Under the pieces are notes generated by a model that worked only from the letters and a program-made list of their open reading frames with translations, was not told the DNA's origin and made no database searches. The position numbers and the translations under genes were made by a program. Positions 1 to 11,908 of a stretch of DNA of 45,731 bases are shown piece after piece. Source of the stretch: Gemmatimonadaceae bacterium (GTDB lineage: Bacteria; Gemmatimonadota; Gemmatimonadetes; Gemmatimonadales; Gemmatimonadaceae); assembly GCA_036493195.1 (NCBI GenBank), contig DASXQD010000280.1:1-45731 (forward strand). The letters are read 5' to 3'. Numbering within the stretch: the stretch's first letter is position 1; every line of letters begins with the position of its first letter.

Positions 1-44
1 CGCGACCGCCCTCACCGGCACCGCGCGCACATCCAACGCGGCGC

Positions 45-581
45 TCACAAGTTGAACTTTCCGAAGTCCTCTGGCCGCATCTTCTCGAGATATTCCTTGA
101 GCTGCTCCGCCGTGATGTCGCGCGGATCTTCCGGAATCATCGGCGTGTCCTCGTCCTCTTCGTTTCCAGCGCCCTCGATCTCGGCGTCCTCCACCTCGAT
201 TGCCGTCAGCAGCGACTCCTGCGCGAAGATCGGCGCCGAGAAGCGAAGCGCGATCGCGATGCTGTCCGAAGGACGCGCATCGATGTGAAAGACATCTTCG
301 CCGCGGAGCAGATGCAGCTCCGCGAAATACGTGTTGTCCTGCACCTTCGTGATCTGCACGCGGCGCAGCTCCGCTCCCATCCCCGTGATCAGCCGCTTGC
401 ACAGGTCGTGTGTGAGCGGCCTGGGCGGACGGATGTGATTCATCTCCATCACGATGCTCTCCGCCTCGGGCTGACCGATCCAGATCGGAAGCAGCCGGTC
501 GCCGCCTTTTTCCTGCAGAATCACTACGTACGAGCTCGAAACGCTGTCGAGCCCCAGCCGGGCCACACTCACTTCGATCAT
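45..581 (-). CDS. Bifunctional nuclease (BFN/DUF151) family protein
   Basis: 178-aa ORF with an ATG start preceded by GGGAGA. N-terminal pattern LGLD...VVILQE...RLLPIWIG..EA..I......RP.THDL is typical of DUF151. Acidic C-terminal tail. Confidence 0.75.
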   Translation of the reverse strand: MIEVSVARLGLDSVSSSYVVILQEKGGDRLLPIWIGQPEAESIVMEMNHIRPPRPLTHDLCKRLITGMGAELRRVQITKVQDNTYFAELHLLRGEDVFHIDARPSDSIAIALRFSAPIFAQESLLTAIEVEDAEIEGAGNEEDEDTPMIPEDPRDITAEQLKEYLEKMRPEDFGKFNL

Positions 582-635
582 CTCATCTCCCGCTCGAGGC
601 CGATTGTCGCCAGTGCAGAGGCGCCTACGTCGGCG

Positions 636-3207
<2,572 letters not shown>

Positions 3208-3295
3208 TGGAGGCGAGGAAGGTTCGCGCGCGGATCAGCGGAGGCGGAACGTGCGCGCCACCAGACTGAAGCGATCGAATTGCATTTTACCGCGT

Positions 3296-5068
3296 TCACA
3301 ACGCGTGGGGCAAGCCGTCGAGCAGCTCGGCGACCTCGCCGAAAGTCTCCGTAAAGGCTTGCAGGATGAGGGCTTCGGATGCGGCCGCGGTGCGCGCCTC
3401 CATCGCGGCCGATGCGCACCTCGCGGCGGCGCTCGCGGTCGTGCCGCGCACGAGCCGCTTGAGAAGCGTGACTGAGCGCGGCGACACGCTCATCGTGCGC
3501 ACACCGAGTCCGATCAGCGCGTACGCGGTGAGCGGCTGCGAGGCCATCTCTCCGCACACGGTGACTTCGATGCCATTGGAAGCACCCACCTGCACCGTGC
3601 GCTGAATCAGGCGCAGCACAGCCGGGTGGAGCGGTGTGAAGCGCGGCGCCAGATTCGCGTTCCCGCGATCGATCGCGAGCGTGTACTGCGTCAGGTCGTT
3701 CGTGCCGATGCTGAAGAACGAAGCATCGCCAACGAAGCCGTCGGCCGTGACCGCGGCAGCGGGCGTCTCGATCATGACGCCGAGCGGGATGTCGTTGCGA
3801 TGCGGAGTGCCGCGCGCGTCGAGCTCTGCCGAGCACTCGTGGATGAGCGCACGCGCCTGCCGCACCTCATCGTTCGAGACCACGAGCGGCAGCATGATGC
3901 GCACGTCGCCGTACGACGCGGCGCGCATGAGCGCGCGCAGCTGCACCTTGAACATCTCGGGCTCGTCGAGGCACATGCGGATGGCGCGCCAGCCGAGAAA
4001 CGGATTGGCTTCGGTCGCGTACCCGCCCACCGGGAGCTTGTCGCCTCCGATGTCGTACGTGCGAATGACCACGGGTGCACCATTGAACGACTCGGCCACC
4101 CGCTTGTACGCGCGGAACTGCTCCTCCTCGTCCGGCATCGTCGTGCGCCCGACGACGAGAAACTCCGTTCGCATGAGTCCGACGCCATCCGCCCCGCTGC
4201 GCACGGCGAATTCCGCCTCTTCCGGGAAATCGATGTTCGCTCGCAGAACGAGCCGGTGCCCGTCGAGAGTGATCGACTCCGCGCTGCGCAGCAGCTCGAG
4301 CTCCTGCGCGAGCCTGGCTTCGCGATCCGACCGCTCGTTGAATTGACGGATCTCATCGGCGGTGGGGTTGACGGAGATGGTTCCGGCGCCGCCATCCAGA
4401 ATCGCGAGCTCGCCGGTGGTCAATCGACTCGTCGCGTCGCGAAGACCGACGACTGCGGGAATGCCGAGCGAGCGCGCGAGAATGGCCACGTGCGAGACGC
4501 GCGTGCCGGCGTCCGTCGCGATTGCGGCGATCGCCTCACGATCCAGCTGCACGGTGAGACTCGGCGTCAGATCGTGCGTGACGAGAATCGCGTTCGCCCC
4601 CTTGGGCACGTCGACCGGATCGTGATCGGGAAGTCCGAGCAGCAGCGACAACACGCGGATCTGCACATCGGCGAGATCGCCGACGCGCTCGCGCATCATG
4701 TCCGACGCATGTCGTGCGAAGTGGTGCCGGAGGTCGAGCATCGTGATCTCGAAGGCCGATTCGGCTGCGAGATTCTGCCTGATGAGGCCCTCGACGCGAC
4801 CGATCATGTCGGTGTCCTGCAGAATCAGGATCTGCGCCTCGAAGATGCCGGCTTCCTCCTCTCCCGCGTGATGCGCGGCACGCCGGCGCACGAACTCGAG
4901 GCGTTCGCGCGCGCGCACGAGGGTGTTGCTGAAGCGCTCGATCTCGCCCGGAATCTCCTCATCCGATACGATCCGTTGCGGCACCTCCGGGACTTCCCAG
5001 TGGAGCACGTACACGGGCCCGACGACAATACCGGGCGAGGCGGAGATGCCGGTGAGTCGACGATCCAC
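3296..5068 (-). CDS. ptsI: Phosphoenolpyruvate-protein phosphotransferase (PTS Enzyme I)
   Basis: 590 aa. N-terminus GISASPGIVVGPV, HVAILARSLGIPAVVG (active His region), C-terminal PEP-utilising domain FFSIGTNDLTQY. GTG start overlaps the ptsH stop by 1 nt (TAGTG). No GAF domain, so EI rather than EI-Ntr. Confidence 0.93.
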   Translation of the reverse strand: MDRRLTGISASPGIVVGPVYVLHWEVPEVPQRIVSDEEIPGEIERFSNTLVRARERLEFVRRRAAHHAGEEEAGIFEAQILILQDTDMIGRVEGLIRQNLAAESAFEITMLDLRHHFARHASDMMRERVGDLADVQIRVLSLLLGLPDHDPVDVPKGANAILVTHDLTPSLTVQLDREAIAAIATDAGTRVSHVAILARSLGIPAVVGLRDATSRLTTGELAILDGGAGTISVNPTADEIRQFNERSDREARLAQELELLRSAESITLDGHRLVLRANIDFPEEAEFAVRSGADGVGLMRTEFLVVGRTTMPDEEEQFRAYKRVAESFNGAPVVIRTYDIGGDKLPVGGYATEANPFLGWRAIRMCLDEPEMFKVQLRALMRAASYGDVRIMLPLVVSNDEVRQARALIHECSAELDARGTPHRNDIPLGVMIETPAAAVTADGFVGDASFFSIGTNDLTQYTLAIDRGNANLAPRFTPLHPAVLRLIQRTVQVGASNGIEVTVCGEMASQPLTAYALIGLGVRTMSVSPRSVTLLKRLVRGTTASAAARCASAAMEARTAAASEALILQAFTETFGEVAELLDGLPHAL

Positions 5069-5337
5069 TACCGCTCTCCGAACTTGGCTGCGACCAGATC
5101 CGCGATGGCGTTCACCGCCTGTTCCGCATCCGGACCGTTCGCACGCACGAGGATGTTCGAGCCGTACTCCGCTGCCAGCATCATCACTCCCATGATGCTC
5201 TTGCCATTCACCTCGAGGTCGTCGCGGACGATCGTGATGTCGCAGTTGAACTTGGACGAGAGCTTCACGATCTCGGCCGCCGGGCGCGCGTGCAGCCCGT
5301 TTCTGTTCACGATTTCAACCGTGCGTTCCGTCATCAT
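5068..5337 (-). CDS. ptsH: Phosphocarrier protein HPr
   Basis: 89-aa product from the internal ATG of the 255-aa ORF. GLHARPAA (His15 site) and GKSIMGVMML (Ser46 site) are both present. ATGA overlap with the EIID stop. Confidence 0.9.
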   Translation of the reverse strand: MMTERTVEIVNRNGLHARPAAEIVKLSSKFNCDITIVRDDLEVNGKSIMGVMMLAAEYGSNILVRANGPDAEQAVNAIADLVAAKFGER

Positions 5338-6146
5338 GTGGCAACCGAGTGAAGAGCCAGAAGAACGACAATCAGCAGCGCGACGCGCCAGCCATCGACG
5401 CGACCGTGCAGCTTGACCAACGCGAGTCCGAGCAGAGCGGCGATTGCGAGCAGGAGAAACACGAGCGCGTGCGCGCCGAGCACCGACCGGCGTGCAGCCT
5501 CGGCTATCGGCATGTTCGAGCGCCCGAGAATGCGCGCGGACGCGAGCGGAAGCGCGAGTCCGCACAGGCCCATGACGGCGCGCGCGAGGTACTCCGGACC
5601 TTGCCGAAGGATCGGTGTGGCGAGCGAGCCCGCCACACGCATGCCGTACCGCCACCCGGTGCGAAGTCCCCACACGCGCAGTGCGACGTGCCCGGCGTTG
5701 TAGAGCACGAGAAAAAGAGTGACCACGAGCACTGGCCCTGCGCCGAGCCCGTAGGCGAGCAGCGCAACGAGCACGGTGAACGGAAGCCAGCCGGCCCACA
5801 CCAACCGATCGCCGACACTGCCGAGGGGGCCGCACAGCGCAATGCGAAAGCGCTCGATCTGCGCCGGAGGCATCGTCCCGTCCAGCTCGACACGCGCAAG
5901 CGCGCCGATCGCGACGGCGGCGAGATAGGGATGCGCGTTGAAGTAGTGCGTCTCGCGTGCGAGCGCCGCATGATACGCCTCACCCCGGCGTCCACCAGGC
6001 AGTGCACGCAGCGCGGGCTCCAGTGAAAATCCGATCCCGGTGCCGAGCATCGTCTCGTAGTTCCACGAGCTCTGCAACGCGAGCATGCGCACGAAGATCC
6101 GTAGGCCCGTGAAGAACGGAAGCGGGCGGGTGGCGGGAGTGTTCAT
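5334..6146 (-). CDS. PTS mannose/fructose/sorbose family EIID component
   Basis: 270 aa from the ATG at 6146 (ATGA overlap with the EIIC stop). LQSSWNYETMLGTGIGFSL motif typical of ManZ-like EIID. Multiple TM segments. Confidence 0.85.
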   Translation of the reverse strand: MNTPATRPLPFFTGLRIFVRMLALQSSWNYETMLGTGIGFSLEPALRALPGGRRGEAYHAALARETHYFNAHPYLAAVAIGALARVELDGTMPPAQIERFRIALCGPLGSVGDRLVWAGWLPFTVLVALLAYGLGAGPVLVVTLFLVLYNAGHVALRVWGLRTGWRYGMRVAGSLATPILRQGPEYLARAVMGLCGLALPLASARILGRSNMPIAEAARRSVLGAHALVFLLLAIAALLGLALVKLHGRVDGWRVALLIVVLLALHSVAT

Positions 6147-6829
6147 CAGTCGCGCAGCAGCATCGCACAGCCAAGCGCGAGCCCTCCGATGAAGAACCAT
6201 GGGCCGTGCCGGGATCCGTGTGAAAGCTTCCACGCCGCGCTCCCGGCGATCGCAGCGGCGACGGCGACGAGCACGGCACGAATCCTCGCGGAGTCACCGT
6301 GGCCGTTGGCGATCGCGATGGACGTCAGTGGCGCGAGGAGCGCCAGCGCGATCGCCGTGAGCACGAAGCTTCGCACCCAGTCGGCAGCGAGTCCGCGCAT
6401 CTGCAACCACGTCACCACGCGCGCGTTTCCACTCTCGAGAGCGGGAAGCGCGCGCTTCGTCCAGCGGCCGTTCAGCCGTCGCAGCGAGTACATGCTCCAT
6501 CCTCCCACCCACGCCGTGATCATTGCCCCGAGCATCGCGAACAGCAGCGCGCTCGTCGCATCGCCCGTGCGCGTCACGTAGAGCGCGCCGCCCACCACGG
6601 ACGCCGTGCCCCACTCCGGGTACCGGGACGCACCAACGGGGAGCGTCTCGAGCGCCATCATCTCGAGAAAGACGCCTGCGAGCAGACCGTCGCCGGGACT
6701 TCCGCCGAGCGTCCCGGCGAGCGTCGAGGCGACGATCGGGCGCGAGAACATCGCCTGCGGAAAGCTCACGACATCGAGCCCGAGGAACGCGCCCAACAGC
6801 GCGAAGAGGAGAATCGTCGTGATCGTCAC
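6146..6829 (-). CDS. PTS mannose/fructose/sorbose family EIIC component
   Basis: 227 aa from the GTG at 6829 (GTGA overlap with the EIIB stop). Hydrophobic ManY-like sequence (LGLD...F..RPIVA..L.G...G....G...G..LE...L). The upstream part of the 323-aa ORF is Arg-rich junk overlapping EIIB. Confidence 0.85.
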   Translation of the reverse strand: MTITTILLFALLGAFLGLDVVSFPQAMFSRPIVASTLAGTLGGSPGDGLLAGVFLEMMALETLPVGASRYPEWGTASVVGGALYVTRTGDATSALLFAMLGAMITAWVGGWSMYSLRRLNGRWTKRALPALESGNARVVTWLQMRGLAADWVRSFVLTAIALALLAPLTSIAIANGHGDSARIRAVLVAVAAAIAGSAAWKLSHGSRHGPWFFIGGLALGCAMLLRD

Positions 6830-7329
6830 GCGGCACCCGCCTCGCCGTGTCCCTCGAGCAGCGCGCTCAGTGGAACCGGGCGCGAGGCCGGAACATCGCG
6901 CGCGGTCACCTCGACTCCGCGCCGATCGAGCTCCTGCAGCGCACGTACTTCCTCGCTCGTGAGATAGAGATAGCGCAACCGCTCGACGCGGTCGGCGCGG
7001 TGATGGATGCCTCCGAGATTCACGGCGCGAATGGTAGCCTGCGTCGCGCCCGCGAGCCGAGCCATCGTGTCGATGTCCGATGTCAGCAGAATTCCCGGAC
7101 GCTTGTCCCGGTTCCACTGATCGAGCTTGATCGTCGCCTCAGCGACCGATGCGAAGAACACATCGAGCTCGGGTGGAACACCCATTCGGTAGAGCTCCTG
7201 CTCCCATTCGCTGTTCGCCACTTCATCATCGACGAGCACGAGAAAGCCGAGCCCCATCGGCTGTCCCCAGCCGACGATCACCTGACCGTGAATCAACCGG
7301 TCATCAATGCGGTACAGCTCAATTGCCAC
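6826..7329 (-). CDS. PTS mannose family EIIB component
   Basis: 167 aa. N-terminus YRIDDRLIHGQV carries the phosphorylatable His of EIIB-Man. GTG start overlaps the EIIA stop by 11 nt. Confidence 0.88.
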   Translation of the reverse strand: MAIELYRIDDRLIHGQVIVGWGQPMGLGFLVLVDDEVANSEWEQELYRMGVPPELDVFFASVAEATIKLDQWNRDKRPGILLTSDIDTMARLAGATQATIRAVNLGGIHHRADRVERLRYLYLTSEEVRALQELDRRGVEVTARDVPASRPVPLSALLEGHGEAGAA

Positions 7330-7726
7330 GTGCCGTCCCGAGCGTGACCTTCAGCGTCGGCACACCGCGCTCGACGGCCTCCGTTGCGGCAGCGGCGGGC
7401 GACGGGTTCGGATGCAACACGAAATGCAGCAGCGTGGGAAGATTGACTCCACTCACGACGATCACATCGCGATCACGCAGCAGCCGAAACGCCGCGATGT
7501 TGCAGCTGCCGGCCGGCAGATCCGTGAACACCACCTTCGCGCCGGTCTCCTCGACCATCGCGCGCAGCCGCTGTTCGAGCTCGGCCCCGCTCAGCCCCGT
7601 GTTCGACATGGCCACGAACCGGCTGCCCATGCCGGTGATTTGCTCGACTGCGGACACGAGCCCCGCCGCGAGTTGACCATGCGCGAGCACGATCGACGGC
7701 GGAGTCGTGTCTGGCTGATCACTCAT
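7319..7726 (-). CDS. PTS mannose family EIIA component
   Basis: 135 aa from the ATG at 7726 (8-nt overlap with the hprK stop). IVLAHGQLAAG corresponds to the GTHG His site of EIIA-Man. Confidence 0.8.
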   Translation of the reverse strand: MSDQPDTTPPSIVLAHGQLAAGLVSAVEQITGMGSRFVAMSNTGLSGAELEQRLRAMVEETGAKVVFTDLPAGSCNIAAFRLLRDRDVIVVSGVNLPTLLHFVLHPNPSPAAAATEAVERGVPTLKVTLGTARGN

Positions 7727-8690
7727 CGTCTTCCGCCAGATACTGGCGCACATTCGCGGCCGTTCGCATGCGTCCGATCAGCCGCTCGTTGAATGCCTCG
7801 GCGGAATTGATGCCGCTGAAACGCAAGAGGTGTGTCATCGCGACGACTTCCGCGACGACGGTGATGTTCTTGCCGGGATTGAGCGGAATGACAGCGGTCG
7901 GAATCGGTACATCGAGCACATTGGTGGTCGTCTCGTCCAGCCCCGTCCGATCGATCGCGTCCGCCTTGTCCCATGCTTCGAGTCGCACGATGACCTCGAT
8001 GCGCTTCTGCAGCCGCACCGCGCGAATGCCGAAGATCGCCTGCACGTCCACGAGCCCGACGCCGCGAATCTCCATGTGGTGCTTCTGCAGCTCGTGCCCA
8101 CGACCAATGATGATGTCGTGGCCGCGCCGCGTGGCGATCACGAGATCATCCGCCACGAGCCGGTGCCCGCGCTCCACGAGGTCCAGCACGCACTCGGACT
8201 TTCCGATACCGCTCTGTCCCACGAACAGTAGTCCGACGCCGTAGACGTCGGCGAGTGAGCCGTGAAGGGTGGTCGTTGGCGAGAACTCTTCCGCGATCGC
8301 GGGTTTGACGCGCGCGAAAAACTCGGCCGTCTTGAGCGCGCTCCGGAGAATGGGCACGCCGCGCGCGCGAGAGGCCTGCATCATCTCGTCGGGAACACCT
8401 TGTCCCTTCGTGATCACGATGCACGGCACCTCGAAGGAGAAGAACAGCTCCATCACCTTGCGGCGCCGTGTGGGGGAGAGCGATGCGAGGTACGTCATCT
8501 CCGTCTCGCCGAACACGAGCACGCGATGCGCGGGGAATCGGTCGACGTATCCCGCGAGCACGAGTCCCGGGCTCGAGACCTCGCTGCTCAGGATCTCGCG
8601 CGACAGACCTGCGTCATCGCTCAGCAGCTCGAGCATGAGCGGCTCGCGCATGAGCTCGAGCACGCGCCCGACCGTGAAGGTCTTTCTCAT
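7719..8690 (-). CDS. hprK: HPr kinase/phosphorylase
   Basis: 323 aa. Walker A GQSGIGKSE, then VADD and HMEIRGVGLVDV signature regions. ATG start. Confidence 0.93.
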   Translation of the reverse strand: MRKTFTVGRVLELMREPLMLELLSDDAGLSREILSSEVSSPGLVLAGYVDRFPAHRVLVFGETEMTYLASLSPTRRRKVMELFFSFEVPCIVITKGQGVPDEMMQASRARGVPILRSALKTAEFFARVKPAIAEEFSPTTTLHGSLADVYGVGLLFVGQSGIGKSECVLDLVERGHRLVADDLVIATRRGHDIIIGRGHELQKHHMEIRGVGLVDVQAIFGIRAVRLQKRIEVIVRLEAWDKADAIDRTGLDETTTNVLDVPIPTAVIPLNPGKNITVVAEVVAMTHLLRFSGINSAEAFNERLIGRMRTAANVRQYLAEDDE

Positions 8691-8706
8691 TCAGGGATGC
8701 TCCGCA

Positions 8707-9816
8707 TCAGGCTACCCTCGCGGCGATGACGCGCTCCAGGTGCGCTTCCGTCTGTTCGGCCGCTCGTTCCCAGGTGAATTGCGACGCGAAGCGGCGGCCC
8801 GCGCTGCCGAGTGAGGCGACGAGCGAGGGATCGCTCACGATGCGCTGCAGCGCGCCAACGAGCGCGGGAAGATCACCATGCGGCACGAGAAAGCCCGTCT
8901 CACCATCCCGCACCGATTCCCGCAGTCCTGGCGAGCACGATGCAACGACCGGTGTGGCGCATGCGGCAGCCTCGAGATTCGTGATCCCCCACCCCTCCTT
9001 CGGCGACGTGAAGGCGAGCACCCACGCGCTCCGCAGCAGCGCCACTTTCTGCGGCTCGGAGATGAACCCAAGAAAGTGCACGCGGTCGCCGAGGTCAAGC
9101 GATGCGGCAAGTCGCTCGAGCGCCGATCGATAGTCCCCGGCGCCCGCAATCGCGAGCTGTGCCGTCGGATGCCGCATGGCCGCAAACGCCCGAATGATCA
9201 GGTCCACTCGCTTGTAACGCTTGAGGCGACCGAGATAGGCGACGAGCGGCACGTCGGACCGCTCGCTCGCGTCCGGCGTGTACGAATCCGTGTCGATGCC
9301 TGGGTGGATCACCGCAATTCGCTCGCGCGGGATTCCGCGCGCCGCAAGATCGTCCGCCGTGCTCTCGCTGATCGCCTCGAACGCCGTCGCGCCATAGACG
9401 CGACCGATGGGCCGCTCCTGAAGCCACACCGCTGCCGCGAGCGCGGCTGGAAGCTCCTGGAATGCAGTCGTGCCGAAGAGATGCGGAATTAACGCCACCG
9501 TACGCTTCGCGCCCCACCGCGGCGTCCAGAGCGGCACCTTGTTGATGTCTTCCACCAGCACGTCGAAGTCCGTCGCGGACAGCGCGCGTTTATAGTACGC
9601 ACGCGCGTAGAGCTGAAACGTGTAGCGCGTGCCCACACGATGCACCGCGATGCCATCGATCGTGGCACGCTGCGGCGCACCGCGCCATCCGCTGCAGAGG
9701 AGCGTCACCTCGTGCCCGCGCGCCGCCAGCCTCCCGAAGATCTCGTGCAGATGGATCTCGGCGCCGCCGGCGAACGGGTTGTTGCGATCCTGCCAGTTGA
9801 CCACGAGCACGCGCAC
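8707..9816 (-). CDS. Glycosyltransferase family 4 (GT-B fold)
   Basis: 369 aa from the GTG at 9816 (TAGTG overlap with the nusB stop). VRVLVVNW...GGAEIHLHE N-terminus and C-terminal E..G....EA.A.G.PVVAS motif. The remainder of the 489-aa ORF overlaps nusB out of frame. Confidence 0.85.
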   Translation of the reverse strand: MRVLVVNWQDRNNPFAGGAEIHLHEIFGRLAARGHEVTLLCSGWRGAPQRATIDGIAVHRVGTRYTFQLYARAYYKRALSATDFDVLVEDINKVPLWTPRWGAKRTVALIPHLFGTTAFQELPAALAAAVWLQERPIGRVYGATAFEAISESTADDLAARGIPRERIAVIHPGIDTDSYTPDASERSDVPLVAYLGRLKRYKRVDLIIRAFAAMRHPTAQLAIAGAGDYRSALERLAASLDLGDRVHFLGFISEPQKVALLRSAWVLAFTSPKEGWGITNLEAAACATPVVASCSPGLRESVRDGETGFLVPHGDLPALVGALQRIVSDPSLVASLGSAGRRFASQFTWERAAEQTEAHLERVIAARVA

Positions 9817-10232
9817 TAGAGCTTGCCCATCTGCCGCGCGAGTGCATCGAGCACGCCGTTCACGAATCGCGCGCTTTGCGAACTGCCATAGCGCTCGGCG
9901 AGCTTCACCGCTTCCTGGATCACGACTCTGGGCGGCGTGTCCCCGAGTCCGAGCTCTGCGCTGCCAAGCCGCAACACCGAGCGCTCGATCGCGCCGATGC
10001 GCTCGAGCCGCCAATTGACGGTGACCTCGCGCAGCGCGCGATCGATCTCGGCACTCTCGGAGATCACTGCGCGCACGAGCACGGCCGCGCGCTTCCGCTC
10101 CTCGGGAGGCACGCGCAGGTCGTCCCAGATCTGCGCCGCCACACGCTCGAGCTGCTGACCGGGTCTCATGTCCCACGCGTACAGTGCCTGGAGCGCACGC
10201 GCTCTCGCCCGCGTTTCAACCTTCGCGCGCAC
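9816..10232 (-). CDS. nusB: Transcription antitermination factor NusB
   Basis: 138 aa. RARARALQALYAWD N-terminus and C-terminal FVNGVLD motif. GTG start, overlapping the ribH end by 17 nt. Confidence 0.9.
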   Translation of the reverse strand: MRAKVETRARARALQALYAWDMRPGQQLERVAAQIWDDLRVPPEERKRAAVLVRAVISESAEIDRALREVTVNWRLERIGAIERSVLRLGSAELGLGDTPPRVVIQEAVKLAERYGSSQSARFVNGVLDALARQMGKL

Positions 10233-10692
10233 GCAGCCTTTCGAAGAGAGCTACCATTTCGATCGCGGCGAGCGCCGCGTCCCAGCCCTTGTTGCCGTGC
10301 GCACCGCCGGCACGCGCGTCGGCTTGTTCCACCGTGTCGGTAGTGAGGAGTCCGAAGCCGATAGGCACATCGAAGTCCGCGCCCGCCTCGGCGAGACCGC
10401 GAGAGGCCTCGCCTGCGACGAAGTCGAAGTGCGGCGTCTCGCCGCGAATTACCGCGCCGAGCGCGATGATCGCATCGTAGCGCTCCGTCGCGAGCAGCGC
10501 CCGCGCGCCGGCGGGAAGCTCCCACGCCCCCGGCACCCACACGACATCGATGTCCGCGCGCTTGCCGCCATGCCGCTCGAGTGCGTCGATGGCACCCTGG
10601 AGCAACCGCATCGTCACACTCTCGTTGAACCGACTCACGACGATCGCAACGTGGCGATTCGTCATGTCGGGCGCGCCCGTGAAATCCATCAT
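10216..10692 (-). CDS. ribH: 6,7-dimethyl-8-ribityllumazine synthase
   Basis: 158 aa from the ATG at 10692 (ATGA overlap with the ribBA stop). VAIVVSRFNE..T..LL.GA, VWVPGAWELP, AIIALGAVIRGETPHFD motifs. Confidence 0.93.
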   Translation of the reverse strand: MMDFTGAPDMTNRHVAIVVSRFNESVTMRLLQGAIDALERHGGKRADIDVVWVPGAWELPAGARALLATERYDAIIALGAVIRGETPHFDFVAGEASRGLAEAGADFDVPIGFGLLTTDTVEQADARAGGAHGNKGWDAALAAIEMVALFERLRAREG

Positions 10693-11906
10693 CAGTGCGC
10701 GAGCAGGTGGCCGAGTTTCGTGTGTTTGGCGACGAGATAGTCGCGGTTCTCGGCGGTTTCCGGCGCGTGGATGGGCACCCGCTCCTCCACGTGCAGCCCA
10801 TAACCCTCGAGTCCCACCATCTTGCGCGGATTGTTCGTCATCGGCCGGATCGAGCGCAGCCCGAGGTCGAGCAGGATCTGCGCACCGATTCCATAGTTGC
10901 GAAGATCGGGCGCAAAACCAAGCCGCGCGTTCGCCTCGACGGTATCCGCACCGCCATCCTGGAGCGCGTACGCCTTGATCTTGTTGAGCAGGCCGATGCC
11001 GCGCCCTTCCTGATCGAGGTAGACGACCACTCCCTTCCCCGCCTTCTCGATCTGCGACATCGCCGCGTGCAGCTGCCAGCCGCAGTCGCAGCGCATCGAG
11101 CCGAACACATCGCCCGTGAGACACTTCGAGTGCATGCGGACGAGAATGCTCTCGCCCTGATCGACATCGCCGTGCACGAGCGCCACGTGCTCGCGCGTGT
11201 CGACATCGTTTCGGTAGCCAATGATCCGCCAGACGCCGAACTCCGTGGGCAGCCGCGCCTCGGCCACGCGATGCACGAGGCGCTCGTTCTTCAAGCGATA
11301 GGCAACGAGCTGCGCAACGGTGATGAAGCGGAGGTTGTGCTCGGCGGCGAACTCCTCGAGCTCCGGACGGCGCGCCGGCGCACCATCGTCGTCGCGCAGG
11401 ATCTCGCAGATGACACCGGCCGGCGCGAGCCCCGCGAGCCGCGCGAGATCGACCGCGGTCTCCGTGTGCCCGACGCGTTGCAGCACGCCACCCGGACGCG
11501 CACGCAGCGGCTGCACGTGTCCGCCAAAACGAATGTCGGCGGGCCCGCTCGCGGGATCTGCAGCGACGCGGATCGTCTGGGCGCGGTCCTGCGCGCTGAT
11601 GCCCGTGGTGATCCCGTACTTGGGCGCCGCATCGATGCTCTGCGTATACGCGGTTCTGAGCGCATCGTCGTTGCCCTCGCCTATGAGCGCGAGCCCCAGC
11701 TGCTCGATGCGTTCCGGCGTGAGCGCGAGACAGATCAAGCCGCTCGCGCGCTTCGCCATGAAGTTGATGATCTCCGGCGTCACCAGCTCGGCGGCGCAGA
11801 TGAGATCACCCTCGTTCTCACGATCTTCGTCATCCGCGACGATGAGCATCTCACCGTTGCGAATCGCCTCGATCGCGTCGTCCACACTTGCGAATTGCAT
11901 TGTCAC
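10692..11906 (-). CDS. ribBA: Bifunctional 3,4-dihydroxy-2-butanone-4-phosphate synthase / GTP cyclohydrolase II
   Basis: 404 aa. DDEDRENEGDL (RibB) and RMHSKCLTGDVFGS.RCDCG (RibA) motifs. GTG at 11906 or ATG at 11900. Confidence 0.95.
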   Translation of the reverse strand: MTMQFASVDDAIEAIRNGEMLIVADDEDRENEGDLICAAELVTPEIINFMAKRASGLICLALTPERIEQLGLALIGEGNDDALRTAYTQSIDAAPKYGITTGISAQDRAQTIRVAADPASGPADIRFGGHVQPLRARPGGVLQRVGHTETAVDLARLAGLAPAGVICEILRDDDGAPARRPELEEFAAEHNLRFITVAQLVAYRLKNERLVHRVAEARLPTEFGVWRIIGYRNDVDTREHVALVHGDVDQGESILVRMHSKCLTGDVFGSMRCDCGWQLHAAMSQIEKAGKGVVVYLDQEGRGIGLLNKIKAYALQDGGADTVEANARLGFAPDLRNYGIGAQILLDLGLRSIRPMTNNPRKMVGLEGYGLHVEERVPIHAPETAENRDYLVAKHTKLGHLLAH

Positions 11907-11908
11907 GT

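Noticed and set aside
3208-3295. A possible SAM or SAH riboswitch upstream of metK/ahcY
   Set aside because: The spacer is only 88 nt before metK and 31 nt before ahcY. I could not find SAM-I, SAM-II/V, SAM-SAH or SAH conserved segments, only a weak GCGCGC/GCGCGC self-complementary pair. An Infernal scan would settle it.
8707-10176. Over-long minus-strand ORFs with Arg-rich N-terminal extensions: 8707-10176, 6146-7117, 5068-5835, 5334-6233, 10216-11124, 14679-15833, 29909-31135, 37608-38750, 44335-45174
   Set aside because: The extensions overlap the upstream gene out of frame. The family-typical N-terminus begins at an internal ATG/GTG that forms a 1-11-nt overlap with the upstream stop.
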